DNA of 64,000 nt, from assembly GCA_024231215.1 (NCBI GenBank), contig JAAEQR010000142.1, positions 228,593 through 292,592 on the forward strand, read 5' to 3'. The first letter of the stretch is position 1, and each line of letters begins with the position of its first letter. Shown here one piece after another: positions 1 through 8,210 of the stretch. The notes under the pieces are model-generated. The model had not been told where the DNA came from and did no database searches. It saw only the letters and a program-made list of their open reading frames with translations. The translations under genes and the position numbers were made by a program. The DNA comes from PVC group bacterium (lineage in GTDB: Bacteria; Omnitrophota; Gorgyraeia; B26-G9).

Positions 1-117
1 AAAACGCTTACGTGCTGCAGAAAGCAATGCAGATTCAATAGCGTCGACAATAATACGTTTATCAACACCTTTTTCTCTTTCGATATGATCTAAGACTAAC
101 AGCAATTCATTATTCAT
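1..117 (-). CDS. nusA: Transcription termination/antitermination factor NusA, N-terminal 39 aa only; the rest lies beyond the window edge
   Basis: Minus-strand ATG at about 115-117 translates to MNNELLLVLDHIEREKGVDKRIIVDAIESALLSAARKRF. This matches NusA N-termini. It begins 3 nt after the rimP stop, the usual rimP-nusA arrangement. Confidence 0.6.
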   Translation of the reverse strand, partial: MNNELLLVLDHIEREKGVDKRIIVDAIESALLSAARKRF

Positions 118-119
118 AT

Positions 120-587
120 TTACCACCTAACTTCCAATTTTGCCTTTATAATATCTTCTATCGCTATATTAATTTTTACATCATCTTCCGTTAAAAAATC
201 AATGCATCCATTCTTAACTACCTTGATCGTACCCACTAACGTTTTATCTTTGCCTACTACCGGAACTCTAGTCACAATTTTAACCCTACGTCCTAAAGCC
301 CAGATAAAATCACTTTCTTTCTTAAGAGGACGGTCTAATCCAGGAGACGACACCTCTATTATATACTTCTGCAAAAAAATACCTTCTTCTTCAATAATAT
401 CACCCAACTGCCGGTTTATCTTGGCACAAACATCCAGAGTGATACCCGTATCTCCTCTCTTATCAACGAAAACTTTAATCTCTGATTTATTATGCAGTGA
501 TATTATCTGCAAATCTACAAAGCCTATATCTGTTCCGATTAAGAGATCTTCGACGCTCTTTTTTACCTTCTCATAAATAGTGTCCAT
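120..587 (-). CDS. rimP: Ribosome maturation factor RimP
   Basis: 155-aa ORF carrying the EVSSPGLDRPL motif and the overall RimP/YhbC layout. nusA follows directly. Confidence 0.85.
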   Translation of the reverse strand: MDTIYEKVKKSVEDLLIGTDIGFVDLQIISLHNKSEIKVFVDKRGDTGITLDVCAKINRQLGDIIEEEGIFLQKYIIEVSSPGLDRPLKKESDFIWALGRRVKIVTRVPVVGKDKTLVGTIKVVKNGCIDFLTEDDVKINIAIEDIIKAKLEVRW

Positions 588-657
588 ATAATTCCCACAA
601 AAAAAGCGGGATTCCTCCCACTTCTTAATAAAAACTCTCCTGATAATCGTGTTTTAT

Positions 658-685
658 ATTATACTATTAAAAAAAAAGTTGTCAA
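658..685 (-). promoter_or_regulatory. Candidate sigma70 promoter for rimP-nusA: TTGACA, 16-nt spacer, TATAAT on the minus strand
   Basis: The minus strand reads TTGACAACTTTTTTTTTAATAGTATAATATAAAACAC, about 70 nt upstream of the rimP start. Confidence 0.35.
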
Positions 686-754
686 GCATAACCCCAAATA
701 TTTCCCAGCTTCCCCATATTTGGACCTGACAACCACCTCACCAACACATTTACA

Positions 755-2410
755 TCACTTATTAGTCATTTTTTCCTGCTCTGCTATCTCTCGCTTTACT
801 TTATACAAAATTTTTCTAAGCTGTTCTGCCTCTATATCTAAAACCTGTCTCTTGTTCTGCATCACTGGCAGCTGACTCTTTTCTTCCACTGGACTTATTA
901 CTGTTACCGGAGGTTCTTCAACCGGTAAATCCAGAGACAAATCATCAACTGCCGGTCTTTCATCTTGACGCTGTTTTAAATTTTTTCTCTTCTGACGACG
1001 CACTGTCTCATGCGTTTCAAGTTTTTTCGCCTTTTGTCTCTCACGTCTTCTTTTCATCTTATTTTTAAAATTATTCAATTCCGTAGTATCATCAAGCGCC
1101 AATGGTTCGGTATGTTCCAATTCCATATACAAGTCAATCTCCCGGTCACTCATCTCTGTCTGGGTAATTATATGCGGCGTAACAAATAAAATGAGTTCTG
1201 TCTCTACTTTAGATGTGCTTTTTCTTTTGAAAAATAATCCTAAAAAAGGAATATCTCCGAACCCCGGAACCTTATCAAAAGTTACCGCATCATTCACTCT
1301 CCGCAACCCACCAATAACAATAGTCTGTCCGTCTTTTACCAAAAGATTAGTCTCTGCTAAACGCTTATCAATAATCGGTTGCCCATCCAACTCTGCGGAT
1401 TTAAAACTTTGTTCCGGCTTAATATTCATAGATATAAAATTACCGCTGGTAATATGCGGCGTAACATTTAATTTTATACCTGCTTCTTTAAATTTTACAG
1501 TGGTTGTAACACCACCACCTGTATCTACACTCTCTAAATAAGGAATTTCTTCAATAATCTCAATTCTTGCTTCCTGATGATCCAAAGTCAAAACTTTAGG
1601 ATTAGCCAGAATCTGCGCCTTATTTTCCTGCTGCCACATATCTATCACAGCATCGACATTAAGATCTGCTAAAGCCGCGACAAAAGAAAACTGCCCGCTT
1701 CCTGAAGCAGCATCTCCCGCTGATAAATCGTAAGCCAATGTCCGGGTAGCACTATCATTACCAAGCTGGTCCAGCTTAAAACCCCACTTATCATCCTTAG
1801 TGATTTTAACATCAACCATCATTGCTTCGATCAGAACCTGGGGAGTAAGAGTATCCAGCGCAATTGACGCAGCTTCAACCTTATCAACTACACCAGGAAT
1901 ATCCGTAATAATTAAAGAGTTTGTACGAGGATCCGTCATGATACTACCTCGTTTACTAAGAACTTTAGATAAGGAGTTTTTCAAGCCATCTACATCGGCA
2001 AAATTCAACGGAACTATTTTAGTCACTAAAGGAACCTTGTTCTCTTCTTCAAGCGCACGCTGAAGACTCATAACCCGAATAAGCGTATCTTCCTTTTTAT
2101 AAGTAAAATTATATGTTCTTAAAATAGCATCCAGCGCATTTTCCCAAGGAACATCTTTTAACTGAACGCTAACTTTAGCATCAACATCATCTCCGGCAAT
2201 GATATTTACACCACCCTTATAAGCAAGAATGTTCAATACCTCACGCATATCAGTCTCTCTGAAATTTATAGAAACTAATCCCTCTGTCCCCTCATCTTCC
2301 GCTTGGGCATAATACACATCTAAAACAACAACATTAATAGAGACAATAAACATCAACAATAGCAAAACTATGTTTATCGGTCTTTTTATATAAATAGCGA
2401 AGCTCTCCAT
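755..2410 (-). CDS. pilQ: Type IV pilus secretin PilQ
   Basis: Secretin C-domain: ...LLVKDGQTIVIGGL...VPGFGDIPFLGLFFKRKSTSKVETELILFVTPHIIT. N0-like region, long Lys/Arg-rich C-terminal tail. The ORF track extends to 2476, but the MESFAIY start near 2410 precedes the signal/TM segment and avoids overlap with pilP. Confidence 0.85.
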   Translation of the reverse strand: MESFAIYIKRPINIVLLLLMFIVSINVVVLDVYYAQAEDEGTEGLVSINFRETDMREVLNILAYKGGVNIIAGDDVDAKVSVQLKDVPWENALDAILRTYNFTYKKEDTLIRVMSLQRALEEENKVPLVTKIVPLNFADVDGLKNSLSKVLSKRGSIMTDPRTNSLIITDIPGVVDKVEAASIALDTLTPQVLIEAMMVDVKITKDDKWGFKLDQLGNDSATRTLAYDLSAGDAASGSGQFSFVAALADLNVDAVIDMWQQENKAQILANPKVLTLDHQEARIEIIEEIPYLESVDTGGGVTTTVKFKEAGIKLNVTPHITSGNFISMNIKPEQSFKSAELDGQPIIDKRLAETNLLVKDGQTIVIGGLRRVNDAVTFDKVPGFGDIPFLGLFFKRKSTSKVETELILFVTPHIITQTEMSDREIDLYMELEHTEPLALDDTTELNNFKNKMKRRRERQKAKKLETHETVRRQKRKNLKQRQDERPAVDDLSLDLPVEEPPVTVISPVEEKSQLPVMQNKRQVLDIEAEQLRKILYKVKREIAEQEKMTNK

Positions 2411-2432
2411 TAATCCTCCTTGATCATTACAA

Positions 2433-2873
2433 TTATTGCTTTTGGATAAGAGATATCTCATGTGTAAGTTCTTCATAACTAAAAATCACACTGTTTTCTT
2501 TTATCTCTGTTATATCCAAATCAAAAATCGTATCGCCTTGTTTATGGATTTTATTATTAATCATTACTAAGGGCATCGCTTTATCCCAAAGGATCCCATT
2601 AACATCTATTTTTGCTAACCGCTTATTCAACTCTTCTTTTTTTACAACCGGCTTCATTGTCGGCCTGATCCCTGAAACATCTAACGAAGGAATAAAAGGA
2701 TCCCGCCGATCGTTGCTCTCATAAGTAAAAGAAACTTTTTCTTCTACTAATTCATCTTCTTGAGAACTCACAAAACCAAGCTTCCCTAAAAATAGTATTG
2801 CTCCAATAACTATTATATATATAAAACTCCTGTTTTGCCTATATATTTTCTTCATTTTGATCTTTTTCTTCAA
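2433..2873 (-). CDS. pilP: Pilus assembly lipoprotein PilP-like
   Basis: 146 aa, N-terminal signal/anchor, size and position between pilO and pilQ. Context-based call. Confidence 0.5.
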   Translation of the reverse strand: MKKKIKMKKIYRQNRSFIYIIVIGAILFLGKLGFVSSQEDELVEEKVSFTYESNDRRDPFIPSLDVSGIRPTMKPVVKKEELNKRLAKIDVNGILWDKAMPLVMINNKIHKQGDTIFDLDITEIKENSVIFSYEELTHEISLIQKQ

Positions 2874-3453
2874 ACAATGTTTTATTTTTCTTCAAAGCAT
2901 ATGACCTAATCATTAAGTTAATATTGTGGAGTTCAACATCTGAGTGATCCGGACGGATATCAAAAGTATCGACTTCCATAAACCTATCTGCCTGTTCAAC
3001 CAGATTGATAAACTTACCTAAAGAATGATACCCAGCTTTTAGTTCTAATGCAATTGGTATCTGCAGATAATCGCTGCCTTCCCCATCTTCTCCTATATGT
3101 ATTTCTTCTATTGTTTTAGGCTCTATTGACACAAATGTTATTTTACTTGCTTTCCCCATTTTTATAAGTTCTTCCAACAACTGAGCAACATTCGCTTCAG
3201 CCGGCAACCTTTCCTCGTGATATGTGATACTCTTCTTAATATTATTTACCTCTTCAAAAAGCTCATCTTTATTGGAAACTATTTCTGCGGCATTATCCAA
3301 CTGAGACAAAATATTACTCTCCTCTTTTGATAAATACAAAACCTTGGTGAAAAGAGGCAGAAAAACAAATACAAAATATAAAATTAAAATAATAAATAAT
3401 AATATAATCCCAGCAATAAGATATTGATTTTTTTCCAATGCCGCTTTATCCAT
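2839..3453 (-). CDS. pilO: Pilus assembly protein PilO-like
   Basis: 204 aa, single N-terminal TM followed by coiled coil and a periplasmic domain. Position after pilMN. Confidence 0.55.
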   Translation of the reverse strand: MDKAALEKNQYLIAGIILLFIILILYFVFVFLPLFTKVLYLSKEESNILSQLDNAAEIVSNKDELFEEVNNIKKSITYHEERLPAEANVAQLLEELIKMGKASKITFVSIEPKTIEEIHIGEDGEGSDYLQIPIALELKAGYHSLGKFINLVEQADRFMEVDTFDIRPDHSDVELHNINLMIRSYALKKNKTLFEEKDQNEENI

Positions 3454-3464
3454 AATTCATCTCT

Positions 3465-5132
3465 CTATTTCAATACCGCCTGAATTTCAAAACGCATGAC
3501 CGCTGATGCTCCTCTTACTTCCCTAAAAGAACGGATTAATTCAATCCTTGAAAAATCCTTAGCAAAAACCATATCATTTTTTAAACTACTTATAAGGCCG
3601 CTTGTTAATGACAGCATCTGCTCACTATGTTCTGCATAAGCCACCCCATTAATATTCAAAACCTGACTTACTTCATCTCTACGCAAATTAGTATCAACCA
3701 AACGCATAAATTCATCAGACATTCTCTTTGTTCCAATGTCTTTTGTTGCTGTATATATTCGGGTTAACCAAATATCCTGCGGTAAATTCGCACTAATTTC
3801 CTGAAGTTTTTCACTCCAACTTACTCTCCGTTTCAAAAGCGCACGAATACCTTCCATTTGATTATCAAGAATTTGCCTTGCCTCTTTCAACTTATCTATT
3901 TCTTCCAGAACAAGGGTCAAATCCCCATATTTCTCTTCTAACCTTATCTTATTTGTCTCTTTTATTTTTAATTGCGTAAACAAACCAATCCATAATGCTA
4001 TCAGCACTGTTAAAATCCCCGCACCGGCATAGATGAATTTTTTATGGGCAACAAGCTTCTCCCATATTTTGTTTCTTCTTACCGCTGCTTTATCTGAGGA
4101 GAGATTTATGCTAAAAGAACGATAACAAGCCAATCCTGCACATAATGCAAGCATCAAAGAGTTGTCCTTCAATTGCTTTTTTTTAAATTCAGTAGGCTCA
4201 TATATTAATTTAGCAATCGGATTCCACACAGTCACCTTTAAACCGAGAACCCCTTGCAAATATTTTTCCAGCCCTTTAAACATTGCAACTCTACCACTCA
4301 AAAAAAGCTCTTCTACCGTATCCCGCCCTTGGGTTTCATAATACTCTATAGCTCTTCTAATTTGATTGGACAAAGCATTGAGGATGAATAAACATAACTC
4401 ATATATATCATCACTCCCGTTTAACCCTTTAAGATGGCTAAGATTATTAAAATCAAGATCTAAATTTTTAGGCAAAGCATCAATCAGATTACTCCATGCA
4501 ACAAATCCGTCTTTTGTTAAACCAACAACCTTACCCTTAATAATATCAATGTTCGTAACTTCCATCCCGACATTAATCAAGGCAATAGTCTTATCATTGG
4601 AAACATCCGGTCCGTTTACATAAAAGCAATTCAAAAGGCTAAAAGTATCAACTTCAATCAGGCCGCAAGTATATCCGGTCGATGTAATCAAACTCGCATA
4701 GTTTTCGATCAAGTCTTTTTTTGCTGCAACAAGAATAACACGTGTCTTTGTTTCTGCTATTTTTTTATCTAAAACAGAGTAATAATCAAAAACAATATCC
4801 TCCATCTTATAGTGAACCTGGCGTTCCACTTCAAATTTCAATGCTTTTCTGATCTCAGAATCACCCATTTGCGGCCAATGGATATCACGCACAACAACAG
4901 ATTCTCCTGAAACCGAGATATTGATTTTGCATTTTTTCTTTTTTAACGGCAGCCGGCTCATCACTTCTTTGATCGCATTAATAATTCCATCCCGACCATC
5001 TCTGAAGTTAACCTCTACCATCTCAAAACCAAGCAGCTTATTTTCTTTTTCATTAGAAGCGATATAAAGGGCCTTTACCAATCCATCCCCTATCTCTACT
5101 CCCACAGCTTCTTGATATCTCTTAAAAAACAT
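3465..5132 (-). CDS. pilMN: Fused PilM (actin-like ATPase) and PilN (TM plus coiled coil) pilus assembly protein
   Basis: 555 aa. The N-terminal ~350 aa show a PilM/FtsA-like actin fold. A single TM (AGAGILTVLIALWIGLF) and a PilN-like coiled-coil periplasmic domain follow. Confidence 0.75.
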   Translation of the reverse strand: MFFKRYQEAVGVEIGDGLVKALYIASNEKENKLLGFEMVEVNFRDGRDGIINAIKEVMSRLPLKKKKCKINISVSGESVVVRDIHWPQMGDSEIRKALKFEVERQVHYKMEDIVFDYYSVLDKKIAETKTRVILVAAKKDLIENYASLITSTGYTCGLIEVDTFSLLNCFYVNGPDVSNDKTIALINVGMEVTNIDIIKGKVVGLTKDGFVAWSNLIDALPKNLDLDFNNLSHLKGLNGSDDIYELCLFILNALSNQIRRAIEYYETQGRDTVEELFLSGRVAMFKGLEKYLQGVLGLKVTVWNPIAKLIYEPTEFKKKQLKDNSLMLALCAGLACYRSFSINLSSDKAAVRRNKIWEKLVAHKKFIYAGAGILTVLIALWIGLFTQLKIKETNKIRLEEKYGDLTLVLEEIDKLKEARQILDNQMEGIRALLKRRVSWSEKLQEISANLPQDIWLTRIYTATKDIGTKRMSDEFMRLVDTNLRRDEVSQVLNINGVAYAEHSEQMLSLTSGLISSLKNDMVFAKDFSRIELIRSFREVRGASAVMRFEIQAVLK

Positions 5133-5149
5133 AATACTCCCTAGTCTTG

Positions 5150-6427
5150 TTACTCAGCATAATAAACTCTGTTGCGTCCAGCTCTTTTCGCCTCATAAAG
5201 CATCGCGTCAGCTTTTTGCAAAAGATCTTCCATTCCCAAATCGTTATCCGCAGGAGAGTGACGAACTGCCACCCCAACACTTATCGTAATCTTTACGAGT
5301 TTATTTCCCAACATAATAAACTCAGCGTTTTCCACATTAGCACGCAAACGTTCGGCTATAGAAAACTTACCGCCTTTTGTTTCCTCAAAACCAGGAAGAA
5401 CAACAACAAATTCTTCCCCCCCATAACGCGCACATATATCAGTAAGCCGCACACTATTATTCAGGATTTGTGCGATTTTTTTCAAAACCATATCGCCTTC
5501 CGGGTGGCCATAAGTATCATTGATCTCTTTAAAATGATCTATATCAATGATCAAAAAGCTTAACGGTATATTTTGACGATTGCAAAATTCTAACTCCTCT
5601 TTCATGCGTTTTTGCAAAAAAGTACGATTATAAAGTTGAGTGAGACGATCTACTGATGCAAGACCTCGATGGATAGCACTACCTAAAGCAATCGCCGCTT
5701 CCGAGACAAGCAAGAGGATAAACTCCTCCTCTCGTTTAAGTCGCAACGCCGCAGATTCTCCGCAAAACACAACGATTATGCCCCAAACCCGATCTTCCAA
5801 TATTAGCGGAATCATAGCTAACGCAGAAAGACGAGCAAGATGCGGCGGCCTGTCCTCTTTTAAAAAATATTTTATTTGAGTATCCTCTCCGAATATCTCA
5901 CTATTATTATCGGTATGAATTCTTTTTGATTTAATAACCTGCTTAATAATTTCATCAGTAGAACTAAACTCCATAGCCCTTAACATATTGCGATCAAAAT
6001 TTTTTCCCGTTACATAGGTGAAATCATCAGTACCTATATCCCGGGATAATATAAAACATTGACTCTCTCCCGTCATATCTTTTGTCAACTCCATAAAAGT
6101 ATCAACAATCAAACGCAACAATTGATCCTTACTTTTAGCGGAAGCAAGTTCTTTTCCGAAATTTTCTAACTGTTTAAAGTGTCTTTTCTGGTCTGCTTCC
6201 TTTTTTTTAATCTCTTTAAGCATCTCTTCTTTTTCATTCTGAAAAACAACAGTATTTTCTCTTAATTCTTTTGCTTGCTTACCAGCTAAGATTTTAGCCA
6301 TAACCGCTGCTGTAATAAACGGCACACTCACCACAATCAATGCCACAGACATCACTGGGTTAACAATTAAAAAAACTAACAGAAAAGTTACACCTACCCC
6401 CAATAATACAACTATAATTTTCCCCAT
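5150..6427 (-). CDS. Membrane-anchored GAF-GGDEF diguanylate cyclase
   Basis: Two N-terminal TM helices, a central GAF-like region, and a C-terminal GGDEF domain with intact GGEEF active site and RxxD I-site (RLTDICARYGGEEF). Confidence 0.85.
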   Translation of the reverse strand: MGKIIVVLLGVGVTFLLVFLIVNPVMSVALIVVSVPFITAAVMAKILAGKQAKELRENTVVFQNEKEEMLKEIKKKEADQKRHFKQLENFGKELASAKSKDQLLRLIVDTFMELTKDMTGESQCFILSRDIGTDDFTYVTGKNFDRNMLRAMEFSSTDEIIKQVIKSKRIHTDNNSEIFGEDTQIKYFLKEDRPPHLARLSALAMIPLILEDRVWGIIVVFCGESAALRLKREEEFILLLVSEAAIALGSAIHRGLASVDRLTQLYNRTFLQKRMKEELEFCNRQNIPLSFLIIDIDHFKEINDTYGHPEGDMVLKKIAQILNNSVRLTDICARYGGEEFVVVLPGFEETKGGKFSIAERLRANVENAEFIMLGNKLVKITISVGVAVRHSPADNDLGMEDLLQKADAMLYEAKRAGRNRVYYAE

Positions 6428-6439
6428 ATTAGCCTCTTT

Positions 6440-6637
6440 TTAATGTATTGACCTGCCTAATATCTTCAACCTTTTAATAATGTCATTCTGTGTATATTCT
6501 CTCCGGTTGTTTACTTTATTACGACGCGGCTCAGGAAACTTGCCTAATTTTTCATAACGACGAATCGTCTGCACCGAAATGCCCAAACGCTGAGCCACTT
6601 CGCCAATAGAAAAAAATCGTTCCATCATATCATACAC
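6440..6637 (-). CDS. Small HTH DNA-binding protein (MerR/excisionase-type HTH_17)
   Basis: 65 aa. FSIGEVAQRLGISVQTIRRYEKLG is a MerR-like helix-turn-helix. It lies 12 nt upstream of the GGDEF gene, so the two are probably co-transcribed. Confidence 0.55.
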   Translation of the reverse strand: MYDMMERFFSIGEVAQRLGISVQTIRRYEKLGKFPEPRRNKVNNRREYTQNDIIKRLKILGRSIH

Positions 6638-6654
6638 TCCTTTTCATCTAATAT

Positions 6655-6690
6655 GTCTTGATATAGTTTGATACTGTTTGATATGATTTT
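6655..6690. repeat. Three to four direct TTGATA repeats phased at exactly 10 bp
   Basis: tgtcTTGATAtagtTTGATActgtTTGATAtgatTTtATc, in the 164-bp gap between the pilA1 stop and the HTH gene start. Confidence 0.4.
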
Positions 6691-6801
6691 ATCATCTTTA
6701 AATAGCTCGTGTCAATAAAAATCCGATATATAAATCTCCATATAAATAGCGAATTTATGAGGAAAATATAGGCTCTTCAATCCTTTGAAGGTTAGGAGAG
6801 C

Positions 6802-7305
6802 TTACTGACAGGGCGTAAGAGCATAATAATCAGCTTCTTTGTCTATAACTGCCCCGTTATTATTTACTGCCCGCAAAACTCCAGTTTCATTAACCGAAAA
6901 TGTACGTTCGCCGGTTGCACGATAAATTTCCGGGGTAGCAGAACAGACATATTGCCGGTCATTAATACGCGTATATGTAAAATTATATCCCTTTTTAGCA
7001 AGTCCGGTAGTTGCCGTATCTACGGTATTATCAATATACGCTGGTATTGCTACTGTCATTTCCGCCATATTAAGCGGAAATCTCATGGGTGATCTTGCAA
7101 CACGAAAATTCTCACATGCAGTACAAAGAGCTTTTAATGTTCCTTGGGCAACAGCTTCATTTGCCGCCAGGCGAGCTCGCAAAAGATTAGGTATTGCTAA
7201 TGCTGCCAACATCGCAATAATAGCTACCACAATCATAATTTCGACCAGCGTAAACCCTGCATCTTGATGCGGGGCACATCCAGTTATGTGCTGCCCCATG
7301 CCCAC
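6802..7305 (-). CDS. pilA: Type IV major pilin (PilA-type), copy 1
   Basis: Class III signal and N-methylation motif G|FTLVEIMIVVAIIAMLAALAIPNLLRA. GTG start with AGGAGG 8 nt upstream. The leader (about 17 aa) is unusually long. Confidence 0.85.
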   Translation of the reverse strand: MGMGQHITGCAPHQDAGFTLVEIMIVVAIIAMLAALAIPNLLRARLAANEAVAQGTLKALCTACENFRVARSPMRFPLNMAEMTVAIPAYIDNTVDTATTGLAKKGYNFTYTRINDRQYVCSATPEIYRATGERTFSVNETGVLRAVNNNGAVIDKEADYYALTPCQ

Positions 7306-7365
7306 AAAAATCGCCTCCTGAGTTTATTTTTTACACTTCTTAAATGTTATATTATCACAAAACAA

Positions 7366-7400
7366 GACAAAAAAAAAGCGGCAATTTAATTGCCGCTTTT
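7366..7400 (-). terminator. Rho-independent terminator after pilA2
   Basis: Minus strand reads GCGGCAATT-AAA-TTGCCGC followed by TTTTTTTTT. Confidence 0.6.
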
Positions 7401-7413
7401 TTTCTATCAAACA

Positions 7414-7873
7414 TTACTGGATAACAGTCATTGCATCATACAATGCTTGTGTATTAATAGTTGATTTACCTGCTGTGGCTCTGATTACACCAGTTTGATC
7501 AACCCCAAAAGTTCTAGTTCCAGTTGTCTGGTTAACATCCGGTTCTGCTCCACAAATATAAGTGTTTGCAGTCAAACGTGTAAATGTATACACATATCCC
7601 TGTCTACCAGGTGATGCTGCAAATACAGTTGCGTCAACATATGCCGGAGTTGCACCGGTCATTGCCGCGGCATTTGCCGGATAAGCCGGCGTTGTTTGTG
7701 CTGCCCGAAAACTCTCAGCTGCTGTAGAAATAGTCTTCAAAGTTGACTGTGCTGCTGCTTCATTAGCATTAACTCTTGCACGAAGCAAATTCGGGATAGC
7801 GATAGCCGCCAATAACGCAATAATTGCTACAACAATCATAATTTCAACCAACGTAAAACCCTTGCGCCCCATA
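7414..7873 (-). CDS. pilA: Type IV major pilin (PilA-type), copy 2
   Basis: MGRKG|FTLVEIMIVVAIIALLAAIAIPNLLRA. GGGAGGTG Shine-Dalgarno before the ATG at about 7873. The ORF track's longer MNVNRNW... start is unlikely. Confidence 0.85.
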
Positions 7874-7968
7874 ATTAACACCTCCCTCTCTCTCCAGTTA
7901 CGGTTAACATTCATTTTTTGCCTTATAGCTTTTTCCCTGATGCATCTCCTTGGCCCTGCCTCTAAATT

Positions 7969-7984
7969 AGCATTTGCTATGCCA
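7969..7984 (-). promoter_or_regulatory. Candidate sigma54 (-24/-12) promoter for pilA2
   Basis: Minus strand TGGCATAGCAAATGCT fits TGGCAC-N5-TTGC, with the GG and GC elements 12 nt apart. It sits about 95 nt upstream of the pilA2 ATG. A sigma54-dependent activator (pilR) is encoded next door. Confidence 0.5.
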
Positions 7985-8210
7985 AACTCGTTTTTTTATA
8001 TTTTTTGGTGATTATTGAAATATATCTCTTTTAATTCGAACTAGTTATGTGTTTTAAAATCATTTGGTAATATTGTGGATAAAATTTCAAAACAAAAAAG
8101 AAGAGAAAAATATTTCCAATAAATAAGAAATTTTTTTCTCAATAACAGGAAAAATCTTTCCGAGGGGAAACCGACTGAAAAATAAGCCAATAAGGAGAGG
8201 TGTTCCTTAC

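Noticed and set aside
755-2476. Longer PilQ start (MKNLHMRY...) given by the ORF track
   Set aside because: It overlaps pilP by 44 nt. The MESFAIY start at about 2410 directly precedes the hydrophobic signal/anchor and is more plausible. It is not excluded.
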